Both the position numbers and the translations under genes were made by a program. Of a stretch of DNA of 64,000 nucleotides, positions 27,449-36,379 are shown one piece after another. Each line of letters starts with the position of its first letter. The stretch's first letter is position 1. Where the stretch lies: sequence record PV340856.1; one strand, given 5' to 3'. The notes under the pieces were generated by a model. That model did not search any database and was not told where the DNA came from. It was given only the letters and a program-made list of their open reading frames with translations.

Positions 27449-28672
27449 ATGTTTGATAAAAAGTATGATGCCGAAGAGCTAGCATCTATCTATAAGTCTG
27501 TGTATGAGAAGAAATTAGATCCTGTTGGCCAGGAAGATAAGGACATCGATAACGATGGAGATCATGATAAGTCCGATAAGTATCTTCTGAATCGTCGCAA
27601 GGTTCGTAGTGATGCTATCAAGTCGGGAATGCATCGTGATGCCAAGACTGGTGTTGAAGAGGGTTATAAAGAGATTAGTTTTGATAAACATCAGAAAATG
27701 TATAACAGATATAAGAACCTTAGCAAGGCTGCTATGAAAGATGCTCGTGATTCAGGTGAAGCATCTGGTGACAACAGAAGAAAGATGGGTAAGATGATGC
27801 CTGTTATTAATAAGTCTTCTGAGAATCTGAGAAAGAAACAAACAAAAGGAGAACTCACTGGTAGAGGACCTAGAAAAGAAGAAGTTGAGTTGGACGAGAA
27901 CCGTCGTGCTGCTCGTTCTGCTGGTGGTTATAAGGACGATTCTAAGAAGCAACCCGATCCTTCTAAGGATGGATTTACTGGTATCGGTAACATGAGTATC
28001 GATGCAATCAGAAAGATGTCTGCTCGCATCGAGAAAGAAAAGACTAAGAAAGAAGAAGTCGAAGTAGTTGACGAGGGCAGCATGAAGAAAGCCCGCGAGA
28101 ACGTTGGCGCTTCTACATGTTGGGATGGATATAAGGCCAAGGGAACCAAGAAAAAGAATGGTCGTGAAGTTCCTAACTGTGTGAAGGAAGAAGAAGAACT
28201 AGAAGAGGATAAAAAGGAACTCTCTAGAGAAAAGAGAAACAAGATGTTCCGCCGTGCTGGTAACCTTTCCAGAGAAGCTCTGCAGGGTGGTGACAAAGGA
28301 TCTGAAGCACATAAGAAGTCTGGAAAGATTGTCAAGGCACTCAACAAAGATGCCGAAGAGAACAACAGAAATGATGTTAGAGAGGAAACTCTGAGAGACA
28401 TCTACGAAGGTAAGAAGAAAGGTCTCTGGGACAACATCCATGCCAAACGTAAGCGTGGTGAGAAACCTGCAAAGCCTGGTGATGAGGACTATCCCAAGAC
28501 TTTGAAAATCGAGTCCAATGAAAAATTGGAAGAAGCAGCTCCCGCTCTCGTTGGTGTACTTGCCAAGATGGCTGCAAAAAAAGCAGCAGTTCATGTTGCA
28601 AAGAAGGGTGCTGAAAAAGTAAAGGATAAGATGGGTAAACTCCTCAAGGGAGATGAAGAGGAGGAAGGTTGA
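27449..28672 (+). CDS. Highly charged modular late protein (probable head-internal protein)
   Basis: K/E-rich; modules DIDNDGDHD, CWDGY..VPNCV, GLWDNIHAKR separated by V/L-x-E sites; ATAAATA at 27414. Confidence 0.7.
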   Translation: MFDKKYDAEELASIYKSVYEKKLDPVGQEDKDIDNDGDHDKSDKYLLNRRKVRSDAIKSGMHRDAKTGVEEGYKEISFDKHQKMYNRYKNLSKAAMKDARDSGEASGDNRRKMGKMMPVINKSSENLRKKQTKGELTGRGPRKEEVELDENRRAARSAGGYKDDSKKQPDPSKDGFTGIGNMSIDAIRKMSARIEKEKTKKEEVEVVDEGSMKKARENVGASTCWDGYKAKGTKKKNGREVPNCVKEEEELEEDKKELSREKRNKMFRRAGNLSREALQGGDKGSEAHKKSGKIVKALNKDAEENNRNDVREETLRDIYEGKKKGLWDNIHAKRKRGEKPAKPGDEDYPKTLKIESNEKLEEAAPALVGVLAKMAAKKAAVHVAKKGAEKVKDKMGKLLKGDEEEEG

Positions 28673-30582
28673 TGGATAAACCAAGTCTTGATGATTTGAT
28701 CGATTCTGTGAGAAAGGGACCTGCTCCAGATCCCAAAAAAGTTGCTGCTGAAAAAAAGAAGAAAGAGAGAAAAGAAGCTCTGAAAAATGTGCCCGTCGCT
28801 AAGAAAAAGTCAAGGGCACAAAAAGATAAGGAATCTGCAGATTCCTTTATTTCTACTGCAAAGAAATCTGTTTCTGATGCACGTAATAGACAACTAGATA
28901 GAGAGAAGAAAGAGGATACTCTTGCTTCTAGAACTAGAAAAAGAGAACTTGGAGATAAGAAGAAGTCTCTAGAGAACAAGAAAGCGGCAAGTGACGAAAG
29001 AAAACAGAAAGCTGGTGAAGCCTTAGCTTCTGCAAAGACCAGTACAGTTTCCAGTAAAGATTCTAATGCAGAAGCAACTGGAAAAATTGTTGGTAATGCA
29101 TTGAGTACAGTTGGTGCTGGACTTCGAGCAGGTGCTGCTAGAGTTGGTGCTAGTGAAAAAGCATCTAGACTTAAGAAAAAGATGGTTCAAAAGATGCGGA
29201 AAAACAGAGGTCTCAAGACTGGTGTTGCTTCCAAACAAGATATTAAGAATAGAAGTCCCAAGAAAAAACAGGAAAAGGAAAAGGATCCGTGGAATGAGTC
29301 CATGGATTGGAGAGATTCTTATATTCCAACGGAGATTGAAACCATGGACGTTATTAAACCAGAACCTCTTAAAGCTTCTAATTGGAAAGAGGATTTTATT
29401 TGGGAAGTAGAAGACTATCCAAAAGAAAAAAAAGAGAAACAACTCAAACCAATGACAGGAAAGAACACTGTCATTATTAATCCAAAGATTGATGAAGGTA
29501 TTCGTCTTAAGACAAAAGATGAGTACATGCAGGGACTCAACAAGGCTAAAGAAAGAATTGGTAATTGGTGGAATAAGTTTGTTCCTCCAGCAAAAGATTC
29601 AAATGAACCTAGCGTAAGATCTGGTGAGAGAACTCCAAATACTGGAGGAGTCACTCAACCACATATCCCATCTAGAGGAAGAGACGGTAAACGATATGGT
29701 TCCGAAGATGATGGAAGTGTAGCACCTCCAAAGAGCACCGAAAAAGATACCAGAACCCCAGAACAGAAAACAACTCCTGCGGATAGAGCAAAACAGAAAC
29801 CAACTCCTACTCCAACCCCCACTCCAACTCCAACTCCAACCCCGAAACCTAAACCAAAACCTCCTACCGCGAGAGAAAAAGCATACGGACCCAAATCCAC
29901 TCTTTCTGCTAAAGATCAAGCGACCAATAGAGAGTATGATCGTCTAAGAAGACAGCCTGGAGGAACAAAACCAGGTAGTGCTGCGGAGAAGTTTGGTAAG
30001 GCTGCAGCGAGAGCGAAGTTTGGTGATCAAAAACCAAAGACTCCCAATCCTTTGATGAGGGGAATGCCAAAGAGACCTAAAATTAATACCCCAGTAAAAC
30101 TGACACCTACACCAGCTCAGGGATCAACTCCAACTCCAATAAAAAAGAGTGGGTTTAGTAGTACACCCAAACCAATGAGATTGACAAACTCTTTCTCCGA
30201 CTGGAGATCAGAGTTGCAATTAGATGAAGAGGCAGAGAAAAGATACTGTCCAAAGTGTGACAAAGTAGAAACTAAATCCGAGTGTTCTTACGGTCCAAAA
30301 TACTGGGAAGAGAACGCAAAGAAGGTAGTTGATGAGGGTGCTGCCTGGACTAAGAAGGAGGGTAAGAACTCTGCAGGTGGACTCAATGAAAAAGGAAGAA
30401 AGTCTTACGAAAAGGAAAATCCTGGATCTGACCTTAAAGCACCTAGCAAAAAGGTTGGAAATCCCCGTAGGGCATCCTTCTGCGCTAGAATGAAAGGTAT
30501 GAAGAAGAAACTAACTTCTAAGAAGACCGCATCTGATCCAGATTCTAGAATCAATAAGTCCCTTAGAGCTTGGAATTGCTGA
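28669..30582 (+). CDS. Highly charged modular late protein with PT repeat
   Basis: Basic N-half, (PT)n(PK)n linker, YCPKC module, AAWTKKEGKN..SFCARM..RAWNC C-terminal module. Confidence 0.7.
   Translation: MMDKPSLDDLIDSVRKGPAPDPKKVAAEKKKKERKEALKNVPVAKKKSRAQKDKESADSFISTAKKSVSDARNRQLDREKKEDTLASRTRKRELGDKKKSLENKKAASDERKQKAGEALASAKTSTVSSKDSNAEATGKIVGNALSTVGAGLRAGAARVGASEKASRLKKKMVQKMRKNRGLKTGVASKQDIKNRSPKKKQEKEKDPWNESMDWRDSYIPTEIETMDVIKPEPLKASNWKEDFIWEVEDYPKEKKEKQLKPMTGKNTVIINPKIDEGIRLKTKDEYMQGLNKAKERIGNWWNKFVPPAKDSNEPSVRSGERTPNTGGVTQPHIPSRGRDGKRYGSEDDGSVAPPKSTEKDTRTPEQKTTPADRAKQKPTPTPTPTPTPTPTPKPKPKPPTAREKAYGPKSTLSAKDQATNREYDRLRRQPGGTKPGSAAEKFGKAAARAKFGDQKPKTPNPLMRGMPKRPKINTPVKLTPTPAQGSTPTPIKKSGFSSTPKPMRLTNSFSDWRSELQLDEEAEKRYCPKCDKVETKSECSYGPKYWEENAKKVVDEGAAWTKKEGKNSAGGLNEKGRKSYEKENPGSDLKAPSKKVGNPRRASFCARMKGMKKKLTSKKTASDPDSRINKSLRAWNC
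29799..29864 (+). repeat. Degenerate 6-nt tandem repeat encoding (Pro-Thr)n(Pro-Lys)n
   Basis: ccaact/cctact/ccaacc units in frame. Confidence 0.8.
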
Positions 30583-30902
30583 TGAGATCCTTCAAACAAT
30601 TTATGTCAGAGTCAGTCAATATCTCTGGCGACTTCAACGGAAACCTATATGTAAACTCTCAACCTGAAGAACCAAAACAGGTTGGTGAAAATTATGTTGC
30701 AGATGTTACTTGGATGGGTAGCATCTATCGTCTTGAAATGGTGTCCAAGAATGGTATTCCAACCAAACAAGAACTTGGAGAACAACTACAAAAAGATTAT
30801 CCTGGAGCAATGGTTCAAAACATTTATCCAGTAGAAGAAAAGAATTTCAATATTAAAAATGCAAGAAGATATCAACCAGAAAAATTGACCTGGACTGACT
30901 AA
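30570..30902 (+). CDS. Hypothetical protein
   Basis: MRSFKQFMSESVNISGDFNGNLYVN; true start probably 30582. Confidence 0.65.
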   Translation: MELLMRSFKQFMSESVNISGDFNGNLYVNSQPEEPKQVGENYVADVTWMGSIYRLEMVSKNGIPTKQELGEQLQKDYPGAMVQNIYPVEEKNFNIKNARRYQPEKLTWTD

Positions 30903-30904
30903 TT

Positions 30905-32179
30905 ATGGCACAGTGGAATAAAAAAGAACAAGACTTCTTGAATCAAGAGAGAAGTCTCTTTGAGGTTTATAATATCGCAGATCACTGGGGAAACCAAACG
31001 GATTGGAGACCTCAGTTTAATGACAATAACAGACTAAAGGTTGCTCCTTTCCAAACAGTTTTCTTCAATACTTTCCAGTATGGTAAGGAGACTGATGTTT
31101 GGGATGAGAGTGTAGTTGGTGTTGCAACTGCTACTCATAATGCCAGTTCCAGTAATGTGGTTATGGAAGTTGGATCTACTGCTGGTAGTAAGGTTGTCAG
31201 ACAGACTAAACATGTAATGAGATACATTCCTGGTAGACCAGCAACTCTCGCATTTGCAATTCGTCTAGAAACACCACAAGTAGGTATTCGCAGAAGATTT
31301 GGATTGTTTAATGAGACTGATGGTGCTTACTTTGAGGATGATGGAGGCACATATTCTTATGTAATTCGCAGCAGTGCATCTGGTATCACTACAGAAACAA
31401 GAGTAACCAGAGAAAACTGGAATGGTGAAAAGTTTGATGGTAATGGATACACTGGTGTAACTGCTGATGCTACAAAACAGCAGATGATTTCCATTAACTA
31501 TGAATGGTATGGTGCAGGTGCTGTAAAATTTAATTGGTTAATGAAAAATGAGACTATTGTTAGCCATGAATTTGAGAACTCAAATGTCAATGATTTAGTT
31601 TGGTGTAGAAGTCCATTCCTTCCAATTCGTGTAGAGATTGAGAATGTAGATGGTGTTGCTGGAACCCATTATCTTTATCAGGGCTCTAACTCTCTTATCC
31701 AAGAAGGTGAGCCAGAAAAACTTGGTACTTTGTTGAGTGTCTCAAATGACATCACTGGAACAACGATGCCTCTCGCAAACAATTTCTACCCAATCATCAG
31801 TTTGCGTCTTAAAACAGATCAACTTCAGGCAGTTATGTTACTGAGATCTCTGCAGGCAGTAACGAACGATAACACGAATGTCTATTGGAGACTTTTTGAA
31901 AATGCAACTTTGACTGGTGCGAATTGGGAAGATCATCCAGATCCAAACTCCTTTATGCAATATGATACTACAGCTACTGCAGTTACTGGAGGACAAGCAC
32001 TTCTTTCAGGATTTACGATTGCTGGTGGTGCCTCTCTGGTTAATGTTGATGATAAAGCAGCACTACAAATTGGTAGAAGTGGTATTGGTACAATCAGTGA
32101 TATATACACACTTGCTTGTGCTTCTCCTAACACCAACAAAAAAGCACTTGCGGTACTTAACTGGATTGAACAAAGGTAA
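30905..32179 (+). CDS. Probable virion structural protein
   Basis: Beta-rich 424 aa; RQTKHVMRYIPG, WYGAG motifs typical of cyanophage structural proteins. Confidence 0.6.
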   Translation: MAQWNKKEQDFLNQERSLFEVYNIADHWGNQTDWRPQFNDNNRLKVAPFQTVFFNTFQYGKETDVWDESVVGVATATHNASSSNVVMEVGSTAGSKVVRQTKHVMRYIPGRPATLAFAIRLETPQVGIRRRFGLFNETDGAYFEDDGGTYSYVIRSSASGITTETRVTRENWNGEKFDGNGYTGVTADATKQQMISINYEWYGAGAVKFNWLMKNETIVSHEFENSNVNDLVWCRSPFLPIRVEIENVDGVAGTHYLYQGSNSLIQEGEPEKLGTLLSVSNDITGTTMPLANNFYPIISLRLKTDQLQAVMLLRSLQAVTNDNTNVYWRLFENATLTGANWEDHPDPNSFMQYDTTATAVTGGQALLSGFTIAGGASLVNVDDKAALQIGRSGIGTISDIYTLACASPNTNKKALAVLNWIEQR

Positions 32180-32239
32180 ATTTAATTACTGACAATTCTC
32201 TAAATAGACCTATAATGTATCGAGTAAATATACTCTTTT

Positions 32240-32449
32240 ATGTATTTTACCTACGTACTTATTGCTCTCCTGTTGCTTTTAGTAGCTTACGCAGGTGTAG
32301 AAGAGACTATGCGTCTCATTTATTATGTTGAACTTAATATAAAGTACGCTTACGTAAAAGTTAGAATGTACTTTATGGAGAAAAAACTCCGTAAGCAATT
32401 AGTCGAAGCAACCTCTGAAATTAATTGGGAGAAAAAGAATGACCGATAA
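32240..32449 (+). CDS. Small membrane hypothetical protein
   Basis: N-terminal TM; preceded by CTAAATA and TATAAT. Confidence 0.65.
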   Translation: MYFTYVLIALLLLLVAYAGVEETMRLIYYVELNIKYAYVKVRMYFMEKKLRKQLVEATSEINWEKKNDR

Positions 32450-32690
32450 AGAGATGTCCAACCTTTCTATTGACAGGAGGGAATGCCCTAAGTGTGGTGC
32501 TACTTGGATCAACGGAACGCATCGATGGTCTACGGGAAAGATGGGAAATGAATTAGATCTTGCCGGCTTGGTATGCAATAGTCTTGGTGATGACACTTGT
32601 ATTAATCCCAAGAGAGGGATAGATGGTGGTGATTCATGGGAAAAAAGACTTGTAGATCTCAATAAAAAAATTGAGGACTCGGATAAATAA
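32439..32690 (+). CDS. Hypothetical Cys-rich protein
   Basis: CPKCGATWING..DLAGLVCN..CINP. Confidence 0.7.
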   Translation: MTDKEMSNLSIDRRECPKCGATWINGTHRWSTGKMGNELDLAGLVCNSLGDDTCINPKRGIDGGDSWEKRLVDLNKKIEDSDK

Positions 32691-32710
32691 TTTGAAAAGT
32701 CTTTATTCTA

Positions 32711-32971
32711 ATGACGTACACAATTAAACCACTGGGTCCTCAGACGGATCTAGACCCTGCTACTGATGTAGATAGTGCTACAACTGTGCATCTTGTAAAT
32801 ACACATTCGGCAGCAGTAGTAATTGTAAGATCTACTTCTGCGAACGTTGGAATTAGTAGTTTTACTCTGCCTGCTGGAGAAATGGTTAAGGTAGAGAAGG
32901 ATGCATCGGACAAATTGTCAGCATCTTCTAACGGAGGCGACGTAAAAGTCACAAAAGTTGCCGCTGGATAA
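32711..32971 (+). CDS. Small late hypothetical / structural protein
   Basis: ATAAATA upstream; beta-rich. Confidence 0.65.
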   Translation: MTYTIKPLGPQTDLDPATDVDSATTVHLVNTHSAAVVIVRSTSANVGISSFTLPAGEMVKVEKDASDKLSASSNGGDVKVTKVAAG

Positions 32972-33010
32972 TTGAGTAATTATAATTAGTAATAGAGTTC
33001 TCCGAGGTTT

Positions 33011-33514
33011 ATGGAGAAGATCAACACTTTCGTTTTGAACATCACTGTGACAATACTTGACTTCCTTTATAGAGGTCGAGACTATCAACGTTTTTGGGTG
33101 CTTGAGGAAATTGCCCGAGCACCCTATTTTGCTTTTTTGAGTGTCTTACATTTCAGAGAAAGCATGGGACTTCGCGGTCCTGAGCATCTATATTTGATGA
33201 AACAACACTTTGAGCAGTCGGTTAATGAAACAGAACATCTGGAGTACATGGAATCTAGGGGCGGTAATTCTTATTGGATTGATCGCTTTGTTGCCAAACA
33301 CCTCGTACTTATCTACTATTGGAGTAATGTGGTTTATTATGGGTTGGCTCCTCGCCTTGCTTACCATCTCTCCTACGAGGTAGAGATACATGCAGCAGAA
33401 ACTTATGCTAAGTATCTTGCTATCAATGGACATGATGACAAGATCCTTGAGATTTTGAATGATGAATTAGAACACTCTAGAGAATTAAAATTAGCAATGG
33501 AGAAAATTAAATGA
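33011..33514 (+). CDS. ptox: Plastoquinol terminal oxidase
   Basis: RFWVLEEIARAPYF, NETEHL, EVEIHA..TY, DELEH di-iron carboxylate motifs. Confidence 0.95.
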   Translation: MEKINTFVLNITVTILDFLYRGRDYQRFWVLEEIARAPYFAFLSVLHFRESMGLRGPEHLYLMKQHFEQSVNETEHLEYMESRGGNSYWIDRFVAKHLVLIYYWSNVVYYGLAPRLAYHLSYEVEIHAAETYAKYLAINGHDDKILEILNDELEHSRELKLAMEKIK

Positions 33515-34530
33515 AAGTAGGAATGATCGGACTTGGACGGATGGGCGAAGGTATGTCCCGCCGTCTCATTAAATCAGGACATGAAGTTTGGGGATACAGA
33601 AACAATGCTGCTAAGGCAGAAGAGCAGTATGAGAAAGGTTACATCAGTGGATACACCACTTCAATCAAATACCTCGTACAAGAAGTCGGGGCAAAAGGTC
33701 CTGGCGTTTATATGATGGTAGTGCCAGCAGAAACAGTGGAGGACACCCTCAATGAGTTACTACAATTTTGTGTGGAAGGCGATATTATTATTGATCATGG
33801 CAATTCCAATTTTAAAGACTCTAGACGCAGGGCAGAACGGTTGGAAAAACTTGGCATCCAATATCTTGACTGTGGTACTAGTGGTGGTGTTTATGGTCTG
33901 GAGCGTGGATATTGTCTTATGGTTGGTGGTGCAAATACTGCAGTATCCGTCTGTTCTCCTATCTTCAGAGCCCTCGCCCCAGGCATTGGATCTGCCTCTC
34001 GTACAGACCCCCTCAGTCATGAAACAAGTGCCGAACATGGTTGGTTACATTGTGGATCAGCTGGAGCAGGTCATTTTGTGAAGATGGTCCATAATGGTGT
34101 GGAGTATGGTATTATGCAGGCATACGCTGAAGGTTTCAATATTCTTCATGAAGCAAATGCTGGATCCAAGTATGTTAAGGAAGGAGATGCTGAGGTTGCC
34201 CCAATGGAAAACCCTGCCGATTATCAGTATGATATTGACTGTGCTGAAGTGGCTGAGCTTTGGCGTCGTGGTAGCGTTGTTGGTTCTTGGTTACTTGACC
34301 TTACTGCGAATGTACTACGCCGCGATGGTGAGCTTCGTAAGTTTGATGGGGGCGTCTCAGATTCTGGCGAAGGTCGTTGGACTGTCCATGCTGCTGTGGA
34401 CCTTGGCGTACCCGCTCCTGTCATCAGCAGTGCGTTGTGGGCACGTTTTGAGTCGCGCCGTCTTGGTGCTTTCACAGCCAAGGTTTTAAATGGTATGCGT
34501 GCTATGTTTGGTGGTCATGATGTTCGGTGA
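33511..34530 (+). CDS. gnd: 6-phosphogluconate dehydrogenase
   Basis: IGLGRMG, DHGNS, DCGTSGG, GHFVKMVHNGVEY, SGEGRW, MRAMFGGH. Confidence 0.97.
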   Translation: MKVGMIGLGRMGEGMSRRLIKSGHEVWGYRNNAAKAEEQYEKGYISGYTTSIKYLVQEVGAKGPGVYMMVVPAETVEDTLNELLQFCVEGDIIIDHGNSNFKDSRRRAERLEKLGIQYLDCGTSGGVYGLERGYCLMVGGANTAVSVCSPIFRALAPGIGSASRTDPLSHETSAEHGWLHCGSAGAGHFVKMVHNGVEYGIMQAYAEGFNILHEANAGSKYVKEGDAEVAPMENPADYQYDIDCAEVAELWRRGSVVGSWLLDLTANVLRRDGELRKFDGGVSDSGEGRWTVHAAVDLGVPAPVISSALWARFESRRLGAFTAKVLNGMRAMFGGHDVR

Positions 34531-34648
34531 ATTTCTTAAATGGATATCGATGCCCTTTGTATTATCCACAATATATTTCGGGATACGAAAAGGTGAAAAT
34601 AACTACTACGACTCAGACGACTATGATGGAAATGGAACCGCTCACTAG
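34520..34648 (+). CDS. ndhP: NdhP-like small subunit of NDH-1L (42 aa, absent from ORF track)
   Basis: MFGEFLKWISMPFVLSTIYFGIRKGENNYYDSDDYDGNGTAH*; C-terminus matches the recalled NdhP motif FFGxxNGxYDxDxYxGNGSAH; GGTGG 5 nt upstream. Confidence 0.85.
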   Translation: MFGEFLKWISMPFVLSTIYFGIRKGENNYYDSDDYDGNGTAH

Positions 34649-35963
34649 AGGCATAGTTATCTTCGGTGCGACTGGAGATCTATGTAAACGAAAACTTATT
34701 CCAGCACTTCATAAACTTTGGGAGAAAGATCTTCTTCCAAAGGGATTTTTAATTACTGGTGCCGCAAGAAGGGATATTGGGGTGGAAGCATGGAAAGAAT
34801 CTCTTGGAGAATATCCAGAGGAATTCCTACATCAATTAGATTATGTTCCTTGTGATTTATCTAATCAGGAAACTCTTCATCATCTTCCTGAAACAGACGA
34901 CACAACATATTTTCTATCTGTTCCGCCAGAAAGATATGAGTCAGCTATTGTTAATCTTAAACAAGGAGGACTTTTAGATGACCCAGAAACATCCCGTGTG
35001 GTTATTGAAAAACCCTTTGGGTACGATCTTAAATCTGCTAATCATTTACAGTCAGTGGTGGGCAGGCATTTACGCGAGAAACAAGTATATCGCATTGATC
35101 ATTATCTCGGTAAAGATACTGTTAATAACATCCTTGCCACCCGTTTTGGCAATATTCTACTGGAACCACTTTGGAACAGGGAGTACATAGAAGAGGTTCA
35201 GATCTATGCAACTGAAACTATTGGTTGTGAAGGTCGTTCACAATACTATGAAGGTGCAGGTGTCGTAAGAGACATGCTGCAAAATCATATGCTTCAGGTT
35301 CTTGCATTGATTGCGATGGAAGCACCATGTCGTATGGATGCAAAAGAAATTCGTAGAGAAAAGGTGAAAGTTTTATCTGCCACACGATTGGGAGAAAAAC
35401 TTATCACTGGTCAGTATGCAAGTTATCGTGATGAAGAAGGTGTTGGTCCTGAATCAATGACTCAAACTTTTGTTGCTGGTGATCTTTATATTGATAACTG
35501 GAGATGGAAAGGTGTTCCATTTCACTTTATGACTGGTAAGAAAATGCCTTATCAGTGTGTAGAAGTTGTGATTAAACTTAAAGCACCGCCACTCAGTTTG
35601 TTTGAGGGTGAGACAAATGATCGTATTGTAATGCGTTTACAACCACATGCTCATCTTGATATTCGCATTGATGTTAAGTCTCCTGGACTTGGTGATTCTG
35701 TTGAACCAGCTACTTTGACTCACCGTTATCCTGACTGGTTGGGTGTGGATGGTTATGAGAAACTTCTTCATGATGCTATCAATGACGATCAATCGCACTT
35801 TGTTCACTCTGAAGAAGTGTTGGAATCCTGGAGAATCGTTGACGATCTAATCTGCACTGGAGATAATTGTAAAGTTAGAACCGCACCTTACATCTATCAT
35901 GATGGGCAGTGGGGTCCTACTCATAAAACACAATTTATTACTGATTGGGATTATCCAGAATGA
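34623..35963 (+). CDS. zwf: Glucose-6-phosphate dehydrogenase
   Basis: GATGDL, EKPFG, RIDHYLGK, DMLQNH; likely start 34623-34632 rather than 34527. Confidence 0.97.
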   Translation: MMEMEPLTRGIVIFGATGDLCKRKLIPALHKLWEKDLLPKGFLITGAARRDIGVEAWKESLGEYPEEFLHQLDYVPCDLSNQETLHHLPETDDTTYFLSVPPERYESAIVNLKQGGLLDDPETSRVVIEKPFGYDLKSANHLQSVVGRHLREKQVYRIDHYLGKDTVNNILATRFGNILLEPLWNREYIEEVQIYATETIGCEGRSQYYEGAGVVRDMLQNHMLQVLALIAMEAPCRMDAKEIRREKVKVLSATRLGEKLITGQYASYRDEEGVGPESMTQTFVAGDLYIDNWRWKGVPFHFMTGKKMPYQCVEVVIKLKAPPLSLFEGETNDRIVMRLQPHAHLDIRIDVKSPGLGDSVEPATLTHRYPDWLGVDGYEKLLHDAINDDQSHFVHSEEVLESWRIVDDLICTGDNCKVRTAPYIYHDGQWGPTHKTQFITDWDYPE

Positions 35964-36040
35964 TTATTGCCAAAGCAACTTTTATTTTCGGAATCATTAT
36001 ATTCTTAATATGTTGGGGGCTTTCTGATGCCTATCGTTAG
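35960..36040 (+). CDS. ndhQ: NdhQ-like minimal single-helix protein (26 aa, absent from ORF track)
   Basis: ATG overlaps zwf stop (ATGA), in frame with TAG 36038-36040; C-terminus FGIIIFLICWGLSDAYR aligns ungapped with recalled NdhQ LGFIAGLIWWALHTAYA. Confidence 0.62.
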   Translation: MIIAKATFIFGIIIFLICWGLSDAYR

Positions 36041-36173
36041 ATCAATAATGCAAAATCCATGGGCACTGGGATTTATGTCCTGGTGCCTTATATGTGTACC
36101 CATCATAGGAATACAGTTAATTCATAAATATGGGTGGCAACATTGGGAACCATTTAATAGGAGCCATAAATGA
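36027..36173 (+). CDS. Small single-TM protein (48 aa, absent from track)
   Basis: MPIVRSIMQNPWALGFMSWCLICVPIIGIQLIHKYGWQHWEPFNRSHK*. Confidence 0.6.
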   Translation: MPIVRSIMQNPWALGFMSWCLICVPIIGIQLIHKYGWQHWEPFNRSHK

Positions 36174-36379
36174 ATCCCGTAATTTTAGTTGGGTGTTTTA
36201 CGCCTCTTATTATCATCTTCATTGTGATGAAACTTGCTGTTTGGGTTGAAGCCGTTAATGCAGAACAGGATTATGTCAGACAAGAACCTCTACGAAAACG
36301 AGGACCCTTTGTGGCAAACCCGTATGAGGATGTTGACTCAGAGGAAGAGGAGTATGGAAATCGCACAGACTATAGATGA
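36170..36379 (+). CDS. Small TM protein with acidic tail
   Basis: ATGA overlap; GCFTPLIIIFIVMKLAVW..EEEEYGNRTDYR. Confidence 0.7.
   Translation: MNPVILVGCFTPLIIIFIVMKLAVWVEAVNAEQDYVRQEPLRKRGPFVANPYEDVDSEEEEYGNRTDYR

Noticed and set aside
29799-29864. Tandem repeat as CRISPR or phase-variable tract
   Set aside because: Degenerate in-frame 6-mers encoding a PT/PK linker; no spacers or cas genes anywhere in the window
34527-34622. Track start for zwf giving a 32-aa N-terminal extension
   Set aside because: Extension overlaps the NdhP-like ORF in another frame; G6PD homology starts at the ATG cluster 34623-34632
36027-36173. Weak resemblance to the first helix of NdhL (LxxVPxI..W)
   Set aside because: Needs gaps and lacks the second NdhL helix; too weak to name
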